Shown here piece by piece: positions 37,576-48,010 of a stretch of DNA of 64,000 nt. The DNA comes from an uncultured virus (IMG/VR IMGVR_UViG_3300025936_000004). Taxonomy: Duplodnaviria > Heunggongvirae > Uroviricota > Caudoviricetes. The position numbers and the translations under genes were made by a program. The first letter of the stretch is position 1. Every line of letters starts with the position of its first letter. Below the pieces are notes generated by a model. That model was not told the DNA's origin. It worked only from the letters and a program-made list of their open reading frames with translations, and did no database searches. Location: IMG/VR virus record IMGVR_UViG_3300025936_000004. One strand, given 5' to 3'.

Positions 37576-37959
37576 ATGCCTCTTTCTCAGTCAGGGCTGC
37601 AATCGCCCTCTCCGTACTACCAAGTGCTCGCTGCGGCTGGCATCGCGAATGCCGCCGCGAACACCACGGCCGTGAACGTCAATGCGTCAGTGACGCAGAA
37701 GGTTCAGGTCTTCATCAACTTCACGGTCGGCTCGCTGACCAACGCGATCTTCACGCCTCAGCTAAGCGTGGATGGCACCAACTGGCACGACGTAACCTCG
37801 CCGGGGGCTCTGACCCTTACGGCCACCGGCAAGAAGTGCTTCGTGGTGGATTGCACAGGCGCCAAGCTCTTTCGCCTTGCGGTCTCATCCACCGGCACGA
37901 TCACGAACAGCGCCGTCACGATCGACATTGCCTACCAGAAAGGCCAGTTTTCGAACTGA
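37576..37959 (+). CDS. Putative capsid decoration protein
   Basis: Beta-rich; S.DGTNW motif; follows the capsid gene. Confidence 0.55.
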   Translation: MPLSQSGLQSPSPYYQVLAAAGIANAAANTTAVNVNASVTQKVQVFINFTVGSLTNAIFTPQLSVDGTNWHDVTSPGALTLTATGKKCFVVDCTGAKLFRLAVSSTGTITNSAVTIDIAYQKGQFSN

Positions 37960-38100
37960 TGGCCAAGGACGCTGAGAAGAAGGCACCGAAGCCCTCGGTG
38001 CCCGCGTCTGTGCCCGAGCAATCGGCGCCGGCGCCCCTCTCGGAGGCACAGCACACGCCTACCGAAGGCGCGTCGCACGTCTCAGAGCATCGGTCTGAAC

Positions 38101-38448
38101 ATGTCGACTGAACGGCAGACCTTCTCGAAGGTAGGCAGCGTGACGGTCCCGGCCGCCACAGAAACCGACTTACTGTCGGATGCGACGGGCCTTGATACTC
38201 GCAAGATTGACAGCCTTTGCGTGGCCCTAAGCAACACCGGCTCACACGATATCGAGACGCTGACGATCTATGAATCACCCGTTGGCACGACGTTTCTGGC
38301 GCTCGGCCAGAACTTTGGTCCACTACCAGCAGGGTCCACACGCTTGATCGAGATGCAGGCGTTTACGGGTGCTAGGGCGCGACTGACTGCAACGAGCGCC
38401 TCGGGCACCACGGTCGCTATCGAAGCGCGCGGGGGTGAAAAAGCATGA
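38101..38448 (+). CDS. Putative structural protein
   Basis: Beta-rich ORF in the head module. Confidence 0.55.
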   Translation: MSTERQTFSKVGSVTVPAATETDLLSDATGLDTRKIDSLCVALSNTGSHDIETLTIYESPVGTTFLALGQNFGPLPAGSTRLIEMQAFTGARARLTATSASGTTVAIEARGGEKA

Positions 38449-38822
38449 TTGTCCTCGTGGACGGAGTACCTCAGCCCGCCGCAACGCCCGTTGGTGGCCC
38501 GCTAGCCGCCAATCTCGACGCGGCTGGCAACAAGATCACCAACCTTGGTGCTGCGTCATCTGCCAATGACTCTGCGCGTAACGGCGACGTGGTTCACAAC
38601 ACCGGCAACGAGACGGTTGCCGGCATCAAGACGTTCTCGTCTGCATTCAAAATCGCAACCTACACCGTCGCAACATTGCCTGCCAACGCAGTCCGTCAGG
38701 TCGCGTATGCCTCCGATGGCCGCAAGGTCGGAGAGGGATCCGGCTCTGGCACGGGCACCTTGGTCTACAACGACGGCACGGCATGGCGTCGCGTGGGTGA
38801 TGACACCACCGTTGTAGCCTAA
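38445..38822 (+). CDS. Short fibre-like structural protein
   Basis: GNKITNLG, VH.TGNET.AG.KTF, YTVATLP, YNDGT.WRR fibre motifs. Confidence 0.6.
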   Translation: MIVLVDGVPQPAATPVGGPLAANLDAAGNKITNLGAASSANDSARNGDVVHNTGNETVAGIKTFSSAFKIATYTVATLPANAVRQVAYASDGRKVGEGSGSGTGTLVYNDGTAWRRVGDDTTVVA

Positions 38823-38824
38823 AC

Positions 38825-39196
38825 ATGGCCTTCACCGATCTCGAGATTCAGGAGATTAAGCACTGGTTGGGGTATTCCGACCTTACCGCGCTTGCACGCC
38901 CCTACTTTGACATCGCCCAGGTGTTCGAAGTGGTCGTGCAGGAGAACATCAATACGTTCGGTGAGGGGTACATCCGTAACACGCTTTTGCCGAGAATCAC
39001 GAAGGTCGACACGGATATCTTCAAGAGCCGCAGCCGATTCAAACTCGATACGCTGGGAGACTTAAAGCTTCGAGACAATGAACTCTCGAAGCTTATCTCT
39101 CTCAAGGAGTATCTGCTCAACGAGCTGAGCAAGGCCCTTCGGGTTCCTCGCGCGCAGCCTGCGACCGGTATCGGATCCAACCTTGAGGTCTACTAA
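38825..39196 (+). CDS. Head-tail connector candidate
   Basis: Position and helical composition. Confidence 0.5.
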   Translation: MAFTDLEIQEIKHWLGYSDLTALARPYFDIAQVFEVVVQENINTFGEGYIRNTLLPRITKVDTDIFKSRSRFKLDTLGDLKLRDNELSKLISLKEYLLNELSKALRVPRAQPATGIGSNLEVY

Positions 39197-39537
39197 TGGC
39201 ATATGCCACCCTCGAGAAGTTCGCCGTGTACGGTCTGCCCAGCGGCGCGTTTACCGAGATCCCCGATGAGCAGATTCGGCAGCACCTGCAATCCAATAGT
39301 GACCAGGCCGACGTGTGGCTTGATTCGCTAGGAGGATACACCACGCCGCTATCGAGCTGGGGTGAGGACCTAACCCGATCCGTTTGTCAGATGACGGCAT
39401 TCACGGTGCTCAGCTCGCTTCGTGGATACAATCCCGAAGGCTCTGATCGGATCATCAAGGAAGCGCACGACCAGGCCATCCGAGATATCCAGTACATGGC
39501 CGTGCTCAACGCGCCGCATCTTGTAGACGGTCCATAA
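39196..39537 (+). CDS. Mu gp36/DUF1320-like head-tail adaptor
   Basis: MAYAT...D.WL...YT.PL.....L....C......A pattern. Confidence 0.65.
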   Translation: MAYATLEKFAVYGLPSGAFTEIPDEQIRQHLQSNSDQADVWLDSLGGYTTPLSSWGEDLTRSVCQMTAFTVLSSLRGYNPEGSDRIIKEAHDQAIRDIQYMAVLNAPHLVDGP

Positions 39538-39736
39538 GACACTTTCGCGAGCAGAAGTGAGTCACGCATAGGCCGTACGAGATATAGCGGTCACCTTCGA
39601 ATAGGGCTGCCATGTGGTCGGTTAGCTCCACCCACCCGGGCGGCAGTCTCGGTTGTATGGCAACCACGTCGTGAGCTTCCGAGCGGCTTTCCTTGGAGCA
39701 CACGGCGCATTGGTACGTAATCGTAACGGTCTGCAT
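39506..39736 (-). CDS. Small antisense zinc-binding protein
   Basis: CAVC...LPPGW...HFCS.KC; GAGG RBS. Confidence 0.55.
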   Translation of the reverse strand: MQTVTITYQCAVCSKESRSEAHDVVAIQPRLPPGWVELTDHMAALFEGDRYISYGLCVTHFCSRKCLMDRLQDAAR

Positions 39737-39750
39737 TCCGCCTCATTAGC

Positions 39751-40203
39751 ATGAGCAACGCCGACGCATTCCGCGAGTTCGCCAAGCTACAGGCGCAACT
39801 CGCGGGCCTTGCTAACGGTCGCGTAGCACGAGAGATCCGCCAAGAGGTCGCCAAGGAAACCGTCCAGCTGATCAAGACGGACTTCCGGGCCGAACGCACA
39901 CCCTATGGCAGCGGGTGGCCCGAGCGAAAGAAGCCCTATCCCTGGCCGATGCTGCGCAAGAGCGGCCGGCTCTTCGGAGCACTGCTCGACGGCGTACGGT
40001 ACAGCGTCCGTGGCCTTGCAGTGGTGATCAACCTGCCCTACGCGAAGGCCCAAAACTACGGCTATCCACCACGGAATCTACCCGCTCGCCAGTATCTACC
40101 TGACCCGGCAAAGCCCATGCCCGCGCGATGGGAACGAGCCTGGAAGGCTGCGTCCGAACGCGTCCTGAGTCGCTGGCTCGGTGAGCGCGTGAAGGCCGCA
40201 TAA
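39751..40203 (+). CDS. Virion morphogenesis (neck, Mu gpG-like) protein
   Basis: F..E.TP.G..W..RK...L..SGRL...YA..QNYG...LPARQYL. Confidence 0.75.
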   Translation: MSNADAFREFAKLQAQLAGLANGRVAREIRQEVAKETVQLIKTDFRAERTPYGSGWPERKKPYPWPMLRKSGRLFGALLDGVRYSVRGLAVVINLPYAKAQNYGYPPRNLPARQYLPDPAKPMPARWERAWKAASERVLSRWLGERVKAA

Positions 40204-40770
40204 GTGTCACAGCCCACGCTTCCCATTCCGCCGTCTGCAGACGATGGCATCTCGCAGGGGATCGGCCTTGCCTTGGGTCTGGTCGAGAAAGAGTTCGATC
40301 GCCTCGGGCTTTTTCAGCAGGGCTTGAAAGTCGACATCGACGTCAAGGCTCTCTACGAAAACAACTCACCCCCGAGAATTGTTTGGATCCCCAGTGATGA
40401 CCAATTCGGACCTCGCGGCGCACAGACTGGTAATCCTGCTGCTGTTGCAACGTGTTTCGCTGGGGTGCGGGCCCATATCTGGGGCAAAGATCGTTTGGCA
40501 GCTGAACAGCTCCGACTTCTCACCGTCGGAACCATTATCGCCGTTGCATTGGGCAGCATCCAGCACGGCGTAAACGGCTTTCACGGGCACTGGCTCACGC
40601 AGGAAGAACGCGTCGCAGGCTGGAGTCGCCTCGGTGAGATCTACGTTCTGTCCTTTGCCTTGGCGATCCCGGTCCTAAAGCCGGCTCTTGAAACGTTCAC
40701 AGTGAAAAACTTTGCGACTGAGCAACTCGGAACGCCCGGTGACGGTGTTCTGCAGTGTGGAGAAGAGTAA
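40204..40770 (+). CDS. Tail terminator/completion protein
   Basis: Position before the sheath gene. Confidence 0.55.
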   Translation: MSQPTLPIPPSADDGISQGIGLALGLVEKEFDRLGLFQQGLKVDIDVKALYENNSPPRIVWIPSDDQFGPRGAQTGNPAAVATCFAGVRAHIWGKDRLAAEQLRLLTVGTIIAVALGSIQHGVNGFHGHWLTQEERVAGWSRLGEIYVLSFALAIPVLKPALETFTVKNFATEQLGTPGDGVLQCGEE

Positions 40771-42249
40771 ATGGCAGCACCGAATGCAACGTTGACGGTC
40801 CGGGAAAACGGCCTGAACCTTCAACCCCCGTCCACGGCCGGTCGCCACGTCAAGATGGGTGCGTCGTCACAGGGCACCGTTGGCACTCTCTATGAGTTCA
40901 ACACCTACGATCAGGTGCGCTCGACGATTGGCTACGGGCCACTTGCTGACGCAGTAGTCTTCGCCCTAGGCGAACTCACCCAAGGCGTAGCCCCTGCCCC
41001 CGTGCTGGCCATGCGTGCCACGGCAAGCACCGCGGCCACGTCAGGCTCGGTGACACCGACCCGCACGAGCACAAGCACGGGCACGGTCGCAACCACCGGC
41101 AGCACGCCCTACGACTCCTACTCCGTTCAGCTGGTTGTTGTGCAGACCGGTGCGCTCGGCGCCGGGACGTTCAAGTATTCGCTGGATGGTGGCGCTCACT
41201 TCTCGCCCGAGATCGTGATCCCCAGCGGCGGAACGTATGCGATTCCGAATACGGGCATTACGGCCGTCTTTACCGCGGGCGCGGGTCCGATCATCTTCGA
41301 AGCCGGTGACTTGTTCGCATGGGCCACGGTGGAGCCGAAGTGCACCACCACGAACCTGAACAGCGCATGGACCTCCCTGTTGGCCGATCCCCGCACCTGG
41401 GGATTTGCTCATGTGGTGGGCGTTGCAGCCGATCAGACGGATCTGGCCTCGCGGTGGGATGCGATGTCGACGAACGTCAACAACGCCGCGGTCCAACGCC
41501 GACACGTTCGGTGCTTCATCGAAGGTCCTACCGGTGTTTCTGATGCTACGCTGATTGCCGCCATGGCGATCAAGCAGAACTCTCGCATGGTAGTCAGCGC
41601 CGACGTCGAGGACCTCACCGTGCCGGACACGGGGAACAAGTTCCGGCGCTCGGTGGCCTGGGTGCAAACCGCACGCGTAGCGGCCATTCCGATTCACGAG
41701 GATCCCGCGCGCGTCAAGAGCGGCGCGGTTTCGAGCAACAACATTGCGCTTGTTCGAGACGAGAACATCACGCCAGGGCTTGATGACGCGCGCTTTTCCA
41801 CGATGCGCACGTGGCTCAAACGCTCGGGTCTGTACATCACGAACGTCAAGCTCTTCAGCGCCGCAGGGAGCGATCTTCGGTACATTCAGCACGGCCGCGT
41901 GATCGATGTCGCGTGTGACGTCACCTACTTCGGTCTGGTCAATCAGGCATCGGAAAACTTCCGCGTCGATCCGGTGCCGGTTACCGATCCTACCACCGGA
42001 CTGAAGTACAACCGGATCTTGGAGCAGGACGCTCGGATGATCGAGTCCGAGATTCAGGAGCTGCTTAATGATGCATTGCTCCGACCTGGGCACGTTAGTG
42101 ACGTGAAGTTCGCGCTCTCTCGAACGGACGCCGTTCTCACATCCGAGACGCTGACCTCTTCGGTCTCGGTGGTTCCGCTCGGATATGCAAAGGCGCTGGT
42201 TTCTACAGTCTCGTTCGTTAACCCGGCTCGTCTCGCCACAGCCGCCTAA
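40771..42249 (+). CDS. Tail sheath protein (DUF2586-like)
   Basis: G.GPL, DPARVKSG, GLY.....L....GSD..YI...RV.D.A. Confidence 0.85.
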   Translation: MAAPNATLTVRENGLNLQPPSTAGRHVKMGASSQGTVGTLYEFNTYDQVRSTIGYGPLADAVVFALGELTQGVAPAPVLAMRATASTAATSGSVTPTRTSTSTGTVATTGSTPYDSYSVQLVVVQTGALGAGTFKYSLDGGAHFSPEIVIPSGGTYAIPNTGITAVFTAGAGPIIFEAGDLFAWATVEPKCTTTNLNSAWTSLLADPRTWGFAHVVGVAADQTDLASRWDAMSTNVNNAAVQRRHVRCFIEGPTGVSDATLIAAMAIKQNSRMVVSADVEDLTVPDTGNKFRRSVAWVQTARVAAIPIHEDPARVKSGAVSSNNIALVRDENITPGLDDARFSTMRTWLKRSGLYITNVKLFSAAGSDLRYIQHGRVIDVACDVTYFGLVNQASENFRVDPVPVTDPTTGLKYNRILEQDARMIESEIQELLNDALLRPGHVSDVKFALSRTDAVLTSETLTSSVSVVPLGYAKALVSTVSFVNPARLATAA

Positions 42250-42284
42250 TCACCCAACAACCTAGCTCTCGCGAGGATGCGTCG

Positions 42285-42752
42285 ATGGCTCTTCCCAACA
42301 ATCCATTGATCAATGGGCTGTACCCAGACTTTTCTGTGATCAACATCTCGATCCCTGGCTTTCGTTTGCTGGGTGTCGGATGCACAGAAATCAATTACTC
42401 GTTTAAGAACGAGCCTGGCGAAGCCGAGGGTACTCAGCAGCAAGTGCTTGGGTTGACCCCCGGTCAGTACCGAGCCGAAGGGTCGATCACGCTGCACAAG
42501 CGGTGGGCCGGAGAGCTGCGAGAGGTGCTGGCTCGTCGCGGCGGCTTTTTAAGCCAGCTGTTCAATATGGACGTTCAGTACGACATGAACGACGGTCTCG
42601 GTCCAATCGAGGACAACCTCGTCGGCTGCAAGATCAAGAACGGTGAGAACGGCCACAAGAGTGGCGCGGATCCCCTGGTCGAAAAGATCGATCTCTACAT
42701 TCTCTACTACTTACCTGATGGCTTAGAGCCCCTGGACAACATGAGGCTGTAG
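42285..42752 (+). CDS. Tail tube protein
   Basis: 155 aa after the sheath; EINYS, G.Y.AEGSITL, D.LVGC.I. Confidence 0.8.
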   Translation: MALPNNPLINGLYPDFSVINISIPGFRLLGVGCTEINYSFKNEPGEAEGTQQQVLGLTPGQYRAEGSITLHKRWAGELREVLARRGGFLSQLFNMDVQYDMNDGLGPIEDNLVGCKIKNGENGHKSGADPLVEKIDLYILYYLPDGLEPLDNMRL

Positions 42753-42768
42753 GTCTGGAGACCCCTGC

Positions 42769-43077
42769 ATGGATCAAGCAACGATTGACGCGCTCAAAGC
42801 CAAGTACGGCGACATCTACGAACTGACCGCATGCGGTGAGACCGTGATTGTCCGCAAGCCGTCCAAGGCCGCATACAACAAATACCGTACCTACCTGTTT
42901 GATGACGAACGCCGGCACACCGCGATGGAAACACTGCTCACCGATTGCGTGGTGGATCCAGACAAAGAATCCTTCTTCGCCATCATCGATCGGCTTCCCG
43001 GGCTCGCAGAGACTTTCGGGAGTGAGTGCGCTCGGCTTGCCGGGAACACCAAGCAGGTCGAAGTAAAAAAACTCTAG
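42769..43077 (+). CDS. Tail assembly chaperone (gpG-like); -1 frameshift extension to 43226
   Basis: Ends GTA AAA AAA CTC TAG; the -1 frame stays open to 43226, adjacent to the tape measure gene. Confidence 0.8.
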   Translation: MDQATIDALKAKYGDIYELTACGETVIVRKPSKAAYNKYRTYLFDDERRHTAMETLLTDCVVDPDKESFFAIIDRLPGLAETFGSECARLAGNTKQVEVKKL

Positions 43078-43227
43078 CGCTGCTTCGCTCGGCTGAAAAG
43101 AGCACGAGCGTTGCAGCCAAATGTGTCGAAGCAGTCTGCCAGCAGCAAGACAGCCCGGAAGCCGAAGTGGGCTATCACCTGATCGCAACCTTTATGCTTC
43201 GCGTATCGCACTTTCTCAAAGGTTAGC

Positions 43228-45012
43228 GTGAGCGTTCAGTTCGCCCTCGATATCATCGACCGCATGTCCGGCCCTGCCAACGTGGCAACCCGGGCCATGC
43301 GGTCGCTTGAAGACGAACTGAAGCAGGTCGACCGCGCGATGAAACTGGTCGACAAGCAGGCGCTTAAGCTTAGGTCCTCGCTTGCGATGCCGGGTCTTAG
43401 TACTCAGCAGCGGGCGGCGCTACGAATGGCATCCCAGCGTCTTTCCGTAGACCGATTGCAGCTCCGGGCGGCGCAAGACCAGGTACATGAAAGCCGGCGT
43501 TTTGGCGAGACGGCCCGGTCGGTCTTGGGCAACGTTGCGACGTGGGCAGCGGGCGCTACGGCAGGCGTAGCTGCGCTCGGTTTGTCATTTTTGCACGCGG
43601 CCGGGCACATGTCCGACCTTCGCACGATCACGATGAACTTTCTAACGACGCAGATGGGCGCGCACGAAGCCGCAGACCAGATGCGTCGGCTCGAGCAATT
43701 TTCAACGATGTACGGCGTGAGCCTGGAGGAGGCATCGACCAGCTACCATCGCATGGTCGCCCAGGGCTTCAATACCAATGAAGCCATGGCCATTATGCAG
43801 GGCGGTGCGGACGTGTCGACCGTGATGGGACCCGAGGTCTGGGAGCAACTCTCGCGAGACCTGGCGATCCTAAAGCAAGAAGGAACGGTCGACACCCGTC
43901 ACCTTCGGGCTCTGTCCTTTGCAGGCGTTGGCATCGGCGATGTCACGTCTGAGATCGCCATGGCCCGCAATCAAGCGACCGAGGCGCAGACGGGTCACCG
44001 CGGCACGCTCACGGGCCACGACATCATGGAGATGGTCAAGAACCGTGAGATCACGGGCGAGGAAACCATCTCCGCAGCCCTCCGGGTCATTCAGCAGCGG
44101 TTCAGCGGCGGCCCCAATGAGCGCCTTGGAACTCGTGCGGTGAATCAAGCCGCAACAACGCTAGGCGGAAGCATCAACCGGCTCGATGCCCAATGGCACG
44201 TGTTCCTTTCTCACGTGGGCGACGACGGCGCGTTTCAACCAGTCATGCGGTTCGTCAATCGAATCACCGATGCACTGGCTAGCGCCACAGTCGAAGGAAG
44301 TGCATTTCGTACGGCCCTGAAGCCGCTGCTAGATCAACTGGACCAGGTCGATATCGCGGGAATGATCACACGCGCGGCGCAGGCACTGCCTGGGTTTATT
44401 CGCGGCGCCACTGACGCCATGGGGCTTGTGATCACAATTGTAGAAAGACTGACACAGGCCAACGATATCCTGCATGGTCGGGCTGTCGGCAATCTTGGCG
44501 AGTCCATGACCGAGGAGCAGCGCGGCGCCGGCGCTGGAATGCAGCAAGCCCCTGTTGAGCAAGGCGGCTGGGTCCAAAGCATGTTCAACTGGTTTGACCA
44601 TCCGCTTCAATCGATGCGGATGGACAACGAGCGCTTGCTGCGCGAATCCGACGCGACCGGTCGGGACATGGCCGGACGCATTGAACAAGGCTTCCGCGAT
44701 CGCGCGCAGATTCATAGCCCGTCCAAGGTGTTCACGCGCCTCGGCATGAACATGATCGAGGGCTTGGCGCGCGGCATGAACCTGCGTCTGGACGAGGTTG
44801 AAAACTCCGCCCAAGCGATCATGAGTACCATGGACCGCGAGATTGGCGGCGCCACCGTAAAGACCGTGGGCGGCCGATCGGTAAGCATCGGCGATATCAA
44901 CGTAAGCGTGGATGGAAACAATCCGGACGCTGACGAGATCGGCCGACAGGTCAAACGACACCTTGCAAGCCTGATCACCGAGATCTCTAGCAGCCAGGGC
45001 GTGGCCACCTAA
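43228..45012 (+). CDS. Tape measure protein
   Basis: DRMSGPA N-terminus, Ala-rich helices, IHSPSKVF motif. Confidence 0.88.
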   Translation: MSVQFALDIIDRMSGPANVATRAMRSLEDELKQVDRAMKLVDKQALKLRSSLAMPGLSTQQRAALRMASQRLSVDRLQLRAAQDQVHESRRFGETARSVLGNVATWAAGATAGVAALGLSFLHAAGHMSDLRTITMNFLTTQMGAHEAADQMRRLEQFSTMYGVSLEEASTSYHRMVAQGFNTNEAMAIMQGGADVSTVMGPEVWEQLSRDLAILKQEGTVDTRHLRALSFAGVGIGDVTSEIAMARNQATEAQTGHRGTLTGHDIMEMVKNREITGEETISAALRVIQQRFSGGPNERLGTRAVNQAATTLGGSINRLDAQWHVFLSHVGDDGAFQPVMRFVNRITDALASATVEGSAFRTALKPLLDQLDQVDIAGMITRAAQALPGFIRGATDAMGLVITIVERLTQANDILHGRAVGNLGESMTEEQRGAGAGMQQAPVEQGGWVQSMFNWFDHPLQSMRMDNERLLRESDATGRDMAGRIEQGFRDRAQIHSPSKVFTRLGMNMIEGLARGMNLRLDEVENSAQAIMSTMDREIGGATVKTVGGRSVSIGDINVSVDGNNPDADEIGRQVKRHLASLITEISSSQGVAT

Positions 45013-45719
45013 TGCCTGCTGAACGCAACGTCATCGATACGATGCTCGCCCTCAGCGGGGATGAGCCCGCTGCCTCGGCGCCGCTTACCCCTTTCGAGCA
45101 CGCGTTTGGGGAGTTCCAGCCCGATTACCAGCGTTGGGACCAGCTGTATTGGGGCTGGTTCGACAATGCCGAAGCGATTTGGCCTGTGGGACGCGTCAAG
45201 GTCACGGTCAAGCTCGTGCGGGACATCCGTGCTCCAAAAGCTGCAGGGAAACACGGCGCGCGCTTGACCGATCGCGGCAAAAAACCCAGCGAGGTCAAGA
45301 TCGAGGTGTATCTATGGCGCCGTGACCACTTCGCGGCCTTTACGATTACCTGCGAAAAGTACGCAGCGCTGAAGTCAATCGAGGCGACGCAGCACGCCAT
45401 CAAGATAAAACACCCGGAGACGGTTCGGGCCAAGATCAATGAGGTTGTCGTCAAGTCGATCGAAATGCCGGAGATCGAAAATACCTTCGGGATGTTCAAG
45501 GCTACGATGAACTGCGTCGAGTTTATTCCGCCACCAAAACGGAATGCTGCGGGACATACACAGACGGTCATTCAGCTTCCGGCATCGAGAATCGATCGAC
45601 TGGGGCAGACGAACCGGGCTCCCGTCGAAGCAAACCGATCGGTTGCGCCCGCGACCCCACGAGACACCGAAGGTGTTCCCGCTTCAGGGATTCCTCAACC
45701 GATCGCAAGCGGGCTGTAA
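45012..45719 (+). CDS. Tail tube initiator/baseplate protein
   Basis: Follows the tape measure gene; KAAGKHGA.LTDRG motif. Confidence 0.6.
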   Translation: MPAERNVIDTMLALSGDEPAASAPLTPFEHAFGEFQPDYQRWDQLYWGWFDNAEAIWPVGRVKVTVKLVRDIRAPKAAGKHGARLTDRGKKPSEVKIEVYLWRRDHFAAFTITCEKYAALKSIEATQHAIKIKHPETVRAKINEVVVKSIEMPEIENTFGMFKATMNCVEFIPPPKRNAAGHTQTVIQLPASRIDRLGQTNRAPVEANRSVAPATPRDTEGVPASGIPQPIASGL

Positions 45720-45725
45720 CGTTTC

Positions 45726-46838
45726 GTGAGCGACCTCGAGATCAACGACATCGCGTGTCTTTCCGCCCGGATCTCATTCCCGCGGATTGGCCGCTGGACC
45801 GCGGATCTGATGGTCGACACCGAAGAGGAGATCACAGGCACTGCTCGCATTGTCAGCGGGGATGGCGCACTGGATCTCACGGGGACCGTGCAGCATGGCG
45901 GTGTGTATGCTGCCTATGCCTCGGTACGGGTCGTGGGCGGCGCCGGCGGCCTCGATCAAGAAGTCACGCCCGTCTACTACAGTAGCAGTCCGCTCCGAGT
46001 TCCTCTAACCGCCCTTCTGGCCGCAACTGGCGAACGTTTATCCCCACGGTCTGACTCTGCGATCCTAAGCCGCTTCGTGCCCGCTTGGGTACGAACACGA
46101 AGCCTGGGCGGTGCCCTACTGGCCAGCCTGATGGACGTAGCCGGAGCCGACTGGCGCGTGCTCGATGACGGTACGATCTGGGTGGGAACGGATACTTACC
46201 CGGATGTGGTGGTTGATCCCGTCGAAGTCGACACGCTCCATACCAATCCGTCCGAGGATCACACAATCCTCACCGGCACACCGATTCCGCCCGTTCGACC
46301 GGGCATGACGTTCGAAGGGCACCGCGTTGCGTACGTCGAGTATCACCTTGGTGAGAACGTACCGGCAGGCGCGGAACTCGACGTCTGGTACGAGCGGGAC
46401 AACGCCACCACGGATCGCGTCCGGTCTGCGCTGTCTGCGCTGATCCGGCACGAGACGCGGGGCACCGACTATCACAAGCTTTTCTTGGCGCGGGTGCTCT
46501 CGCAGTCGGGCAACAAGGTCGATGTATCGCCCGATTCGGGTCGTCTGCCGACGCTTTCGGGCGTGCCGTTGTTTGGGTTTGCTCCGGGGATTGAAGCGAC
46601 TGTCACGCCTGGTTCAAAGGTGTTGGTGGCCTTCTCTGACGGGGATCCAAGCAAGCCTATCGCGCTACCCGCCTGGGAAAGTGGGAGCACGATCGGGGTG
46701 CCGGTCAAGCGCTGCGGTGTTCTCTCGGGCACGGCGCCGTCCAGCGGAGGCCCTGTGACGTTTACCTACGTGGATCCGGATGGCGCAACCCATTCGGGAC
46801 CATTGGTCGAGCTGAGCGGGAAGATCACTAGTTTGTAG
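45726..46838 (+). CDS. Baseplate hub fused to spike OB-fold domain
   Basis: P..G.W.AD N-terminus; WRVLDDG.IW.G; C-terminal PGSKVLVAF.DGDP.KP. Confidence 0.7.
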   Translation: MSDLEINDIACLSARISFPRIGRWTADLMVDTEEEITGTARIVSGDGALDLTGTVQHGGVYAAYASVRVVGGAGGLDQEVTPVYYSSSPLRVPLTALLAATGERLSPRSDSAILSRFVPAWVRTRSLGGALLASLMDVAGADWRVLDDGTIWVGTDTYPDVVVDPVEVDTLHTNPSEDHTILTGTPIPPVRPGMTFEGHRVAYVEYHLGENVPAGAELDVWYERDNATTDRVRSALSALIRHETRGTDYHKLFLARVLSQSGNKVDVSPDSGRLPTLSGVPLFGFAPGIEATVTPGSKVLVAFSDGDPSKPIALPAWESGSTIGVPVKRCGVLSGTAPSSGGPVTFTYVDPDGATHSGPLVELSGKITSL

Positions 46839-47202
46839 ACCACCGAGATCCGACATCATCCTGCATGACTGTATCAATGTGGTTTTCGTCGAGCTGTAGG
46901 TTTGCGTCAAACTCCACAAATCGCCCTGATCCATTGCGAGCACGCACCCGACATGAAGACTCCCACCACATCCATGTTTGCCACGGTGCACCGAAATTGT
47001 CGCCGCGCCTTGGCTCGGTGCACGAGATGACTCTTACGCCTCGCGGATCCTTTAGGTTCTCTCGCTCATAAGTAAGCAGCTGTCGCATGATCTGCCGTAC
47101 GGTCAGCGGCCGTATGTCTTCATAGAGAATATTGGTCACGCCGTCGGCCATCACGTTTACAGAGAATAGCAGCACCATACAGACTGGTATTATCACTTTC
47201 AC
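46828..47202 (-). CDS. Secreted/periplasmic moron protein
   Basis: Signal-peptide-like N-terminus; antisense to the tail operon. Confidence 0.5.
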   Translation of the reverse strand: MKVIIPVCMVLLFSVNVMADGVTNILYEDIRPLTVRQIMRQLLTYERENLKDPRGVRVISCTEPRRGDNFGAPWQTWMWWESSCRVRARNGSGRFVEFDANLQLDENHIDTVMQDDVGSRWSTN

Positions 47203-47324
47203 TTACTCACCCATGCCGCGACCGCAGCGCATCGGATCGCCTAAAGCCGTCATACGGAAGGCTTCATTGGCTATTCCCTTCCCGGCCTAGGCAATCGGCG
47301 CGAATGGCTCAGAACTTGAGCCGG

Positions 47325-47663
47325 CTACCGTGACCGCTTGGCCGCAGCCCTCTTGGGGACTTGCTTGCTACGAGTGCCCTTGTCCCGCACATGCACTTCT
47401 AGTCGCATACCAAGGGCATCCGAGGCCTTCACCATGGTCGCAAGGGTTACCCCGGTGTCATTCGGATCCAAGAGTCGGTTGATCACGGTTCGGCTCGTGG
47501 CCATACGATCCGCAAGAGCCTTCTGAGAGACGTGCTTGAGTTCCATGGACCTGCGGAACTGCTCGGCAAGGATCTTCTTGCTAGCCAGCGTTTGCACTTC
47601 GCCGAGCTCGCCGAGCTCTTCAAAGAGCGATTCAAGGCTTGAGCCAATGTGCTTGTTTTTCAT
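47325..47663 (-). CDS. XRE-HTH antitoxin (HigA-like)
   Basis: MKNKHIGSSLE...SQKALADRMATSRTVINRLLDP...VTL.T. Confidence 0.88.
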   Translation of the reverse strand: MKNKHIGSSLESLFEELGELGEVQTLASKKILAEQFRRSMELKHVSQKALADRMATSRTVINRLLDPNDTGVTLATMVKASDALGMRLEVHVRDKGTRSKQVPKRAAAKRSR

Positions 47664-48010
47664 CGCTTCCCCTTCACCTTCTTGAGCCGTTCCTTGGCCG
47701 TCTTGAGCTCACCGGCCGGCGTCGCTTGGGTCTTCTTTTGAAAGCCGTGCAGCGCCACAATCGTGGTGCCTTCGACGCAGAAAAACAGTCGGTACTCACC
47801 GCACGCAGCCGTGGTTCGAAGCTCGTGCAGGCCCCCTCCTAGCGATCGGACGCGCGGCATACCCGTCGGCCAGAACGCCTGCACGTACAGCATGTCTGCT
47901 CCGATTTCGTGCCGCGCTTCTCTCGGAAGCCCACGAACCCACTCCCGGGCGGGTTCGTTGCCGGTCTCGCTTCGGTACCAAGCACACGTGAACTTGCGCG
48001 CTGTGGGCAC
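47660..48010 (-). CDS. RelE/HigB-like toxin (Gp49/DUF891-like)
   Basis: G..P.REW...W..G.P.VR.L..GL.ELR...YR.FF...LHGF.KKTQ.TP. Confidence 0.88.
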   Translation of the reverse strand: MPTARKFTCAWYRSETGNEPAREWVRGLPREARHEIGADMLYVQAFWPTGMPRVRSLGGGLHELRTTAACGEYRLFFCVEGTTIVALHGFQKKTQATPAGELKTAKERLKKVKGKR

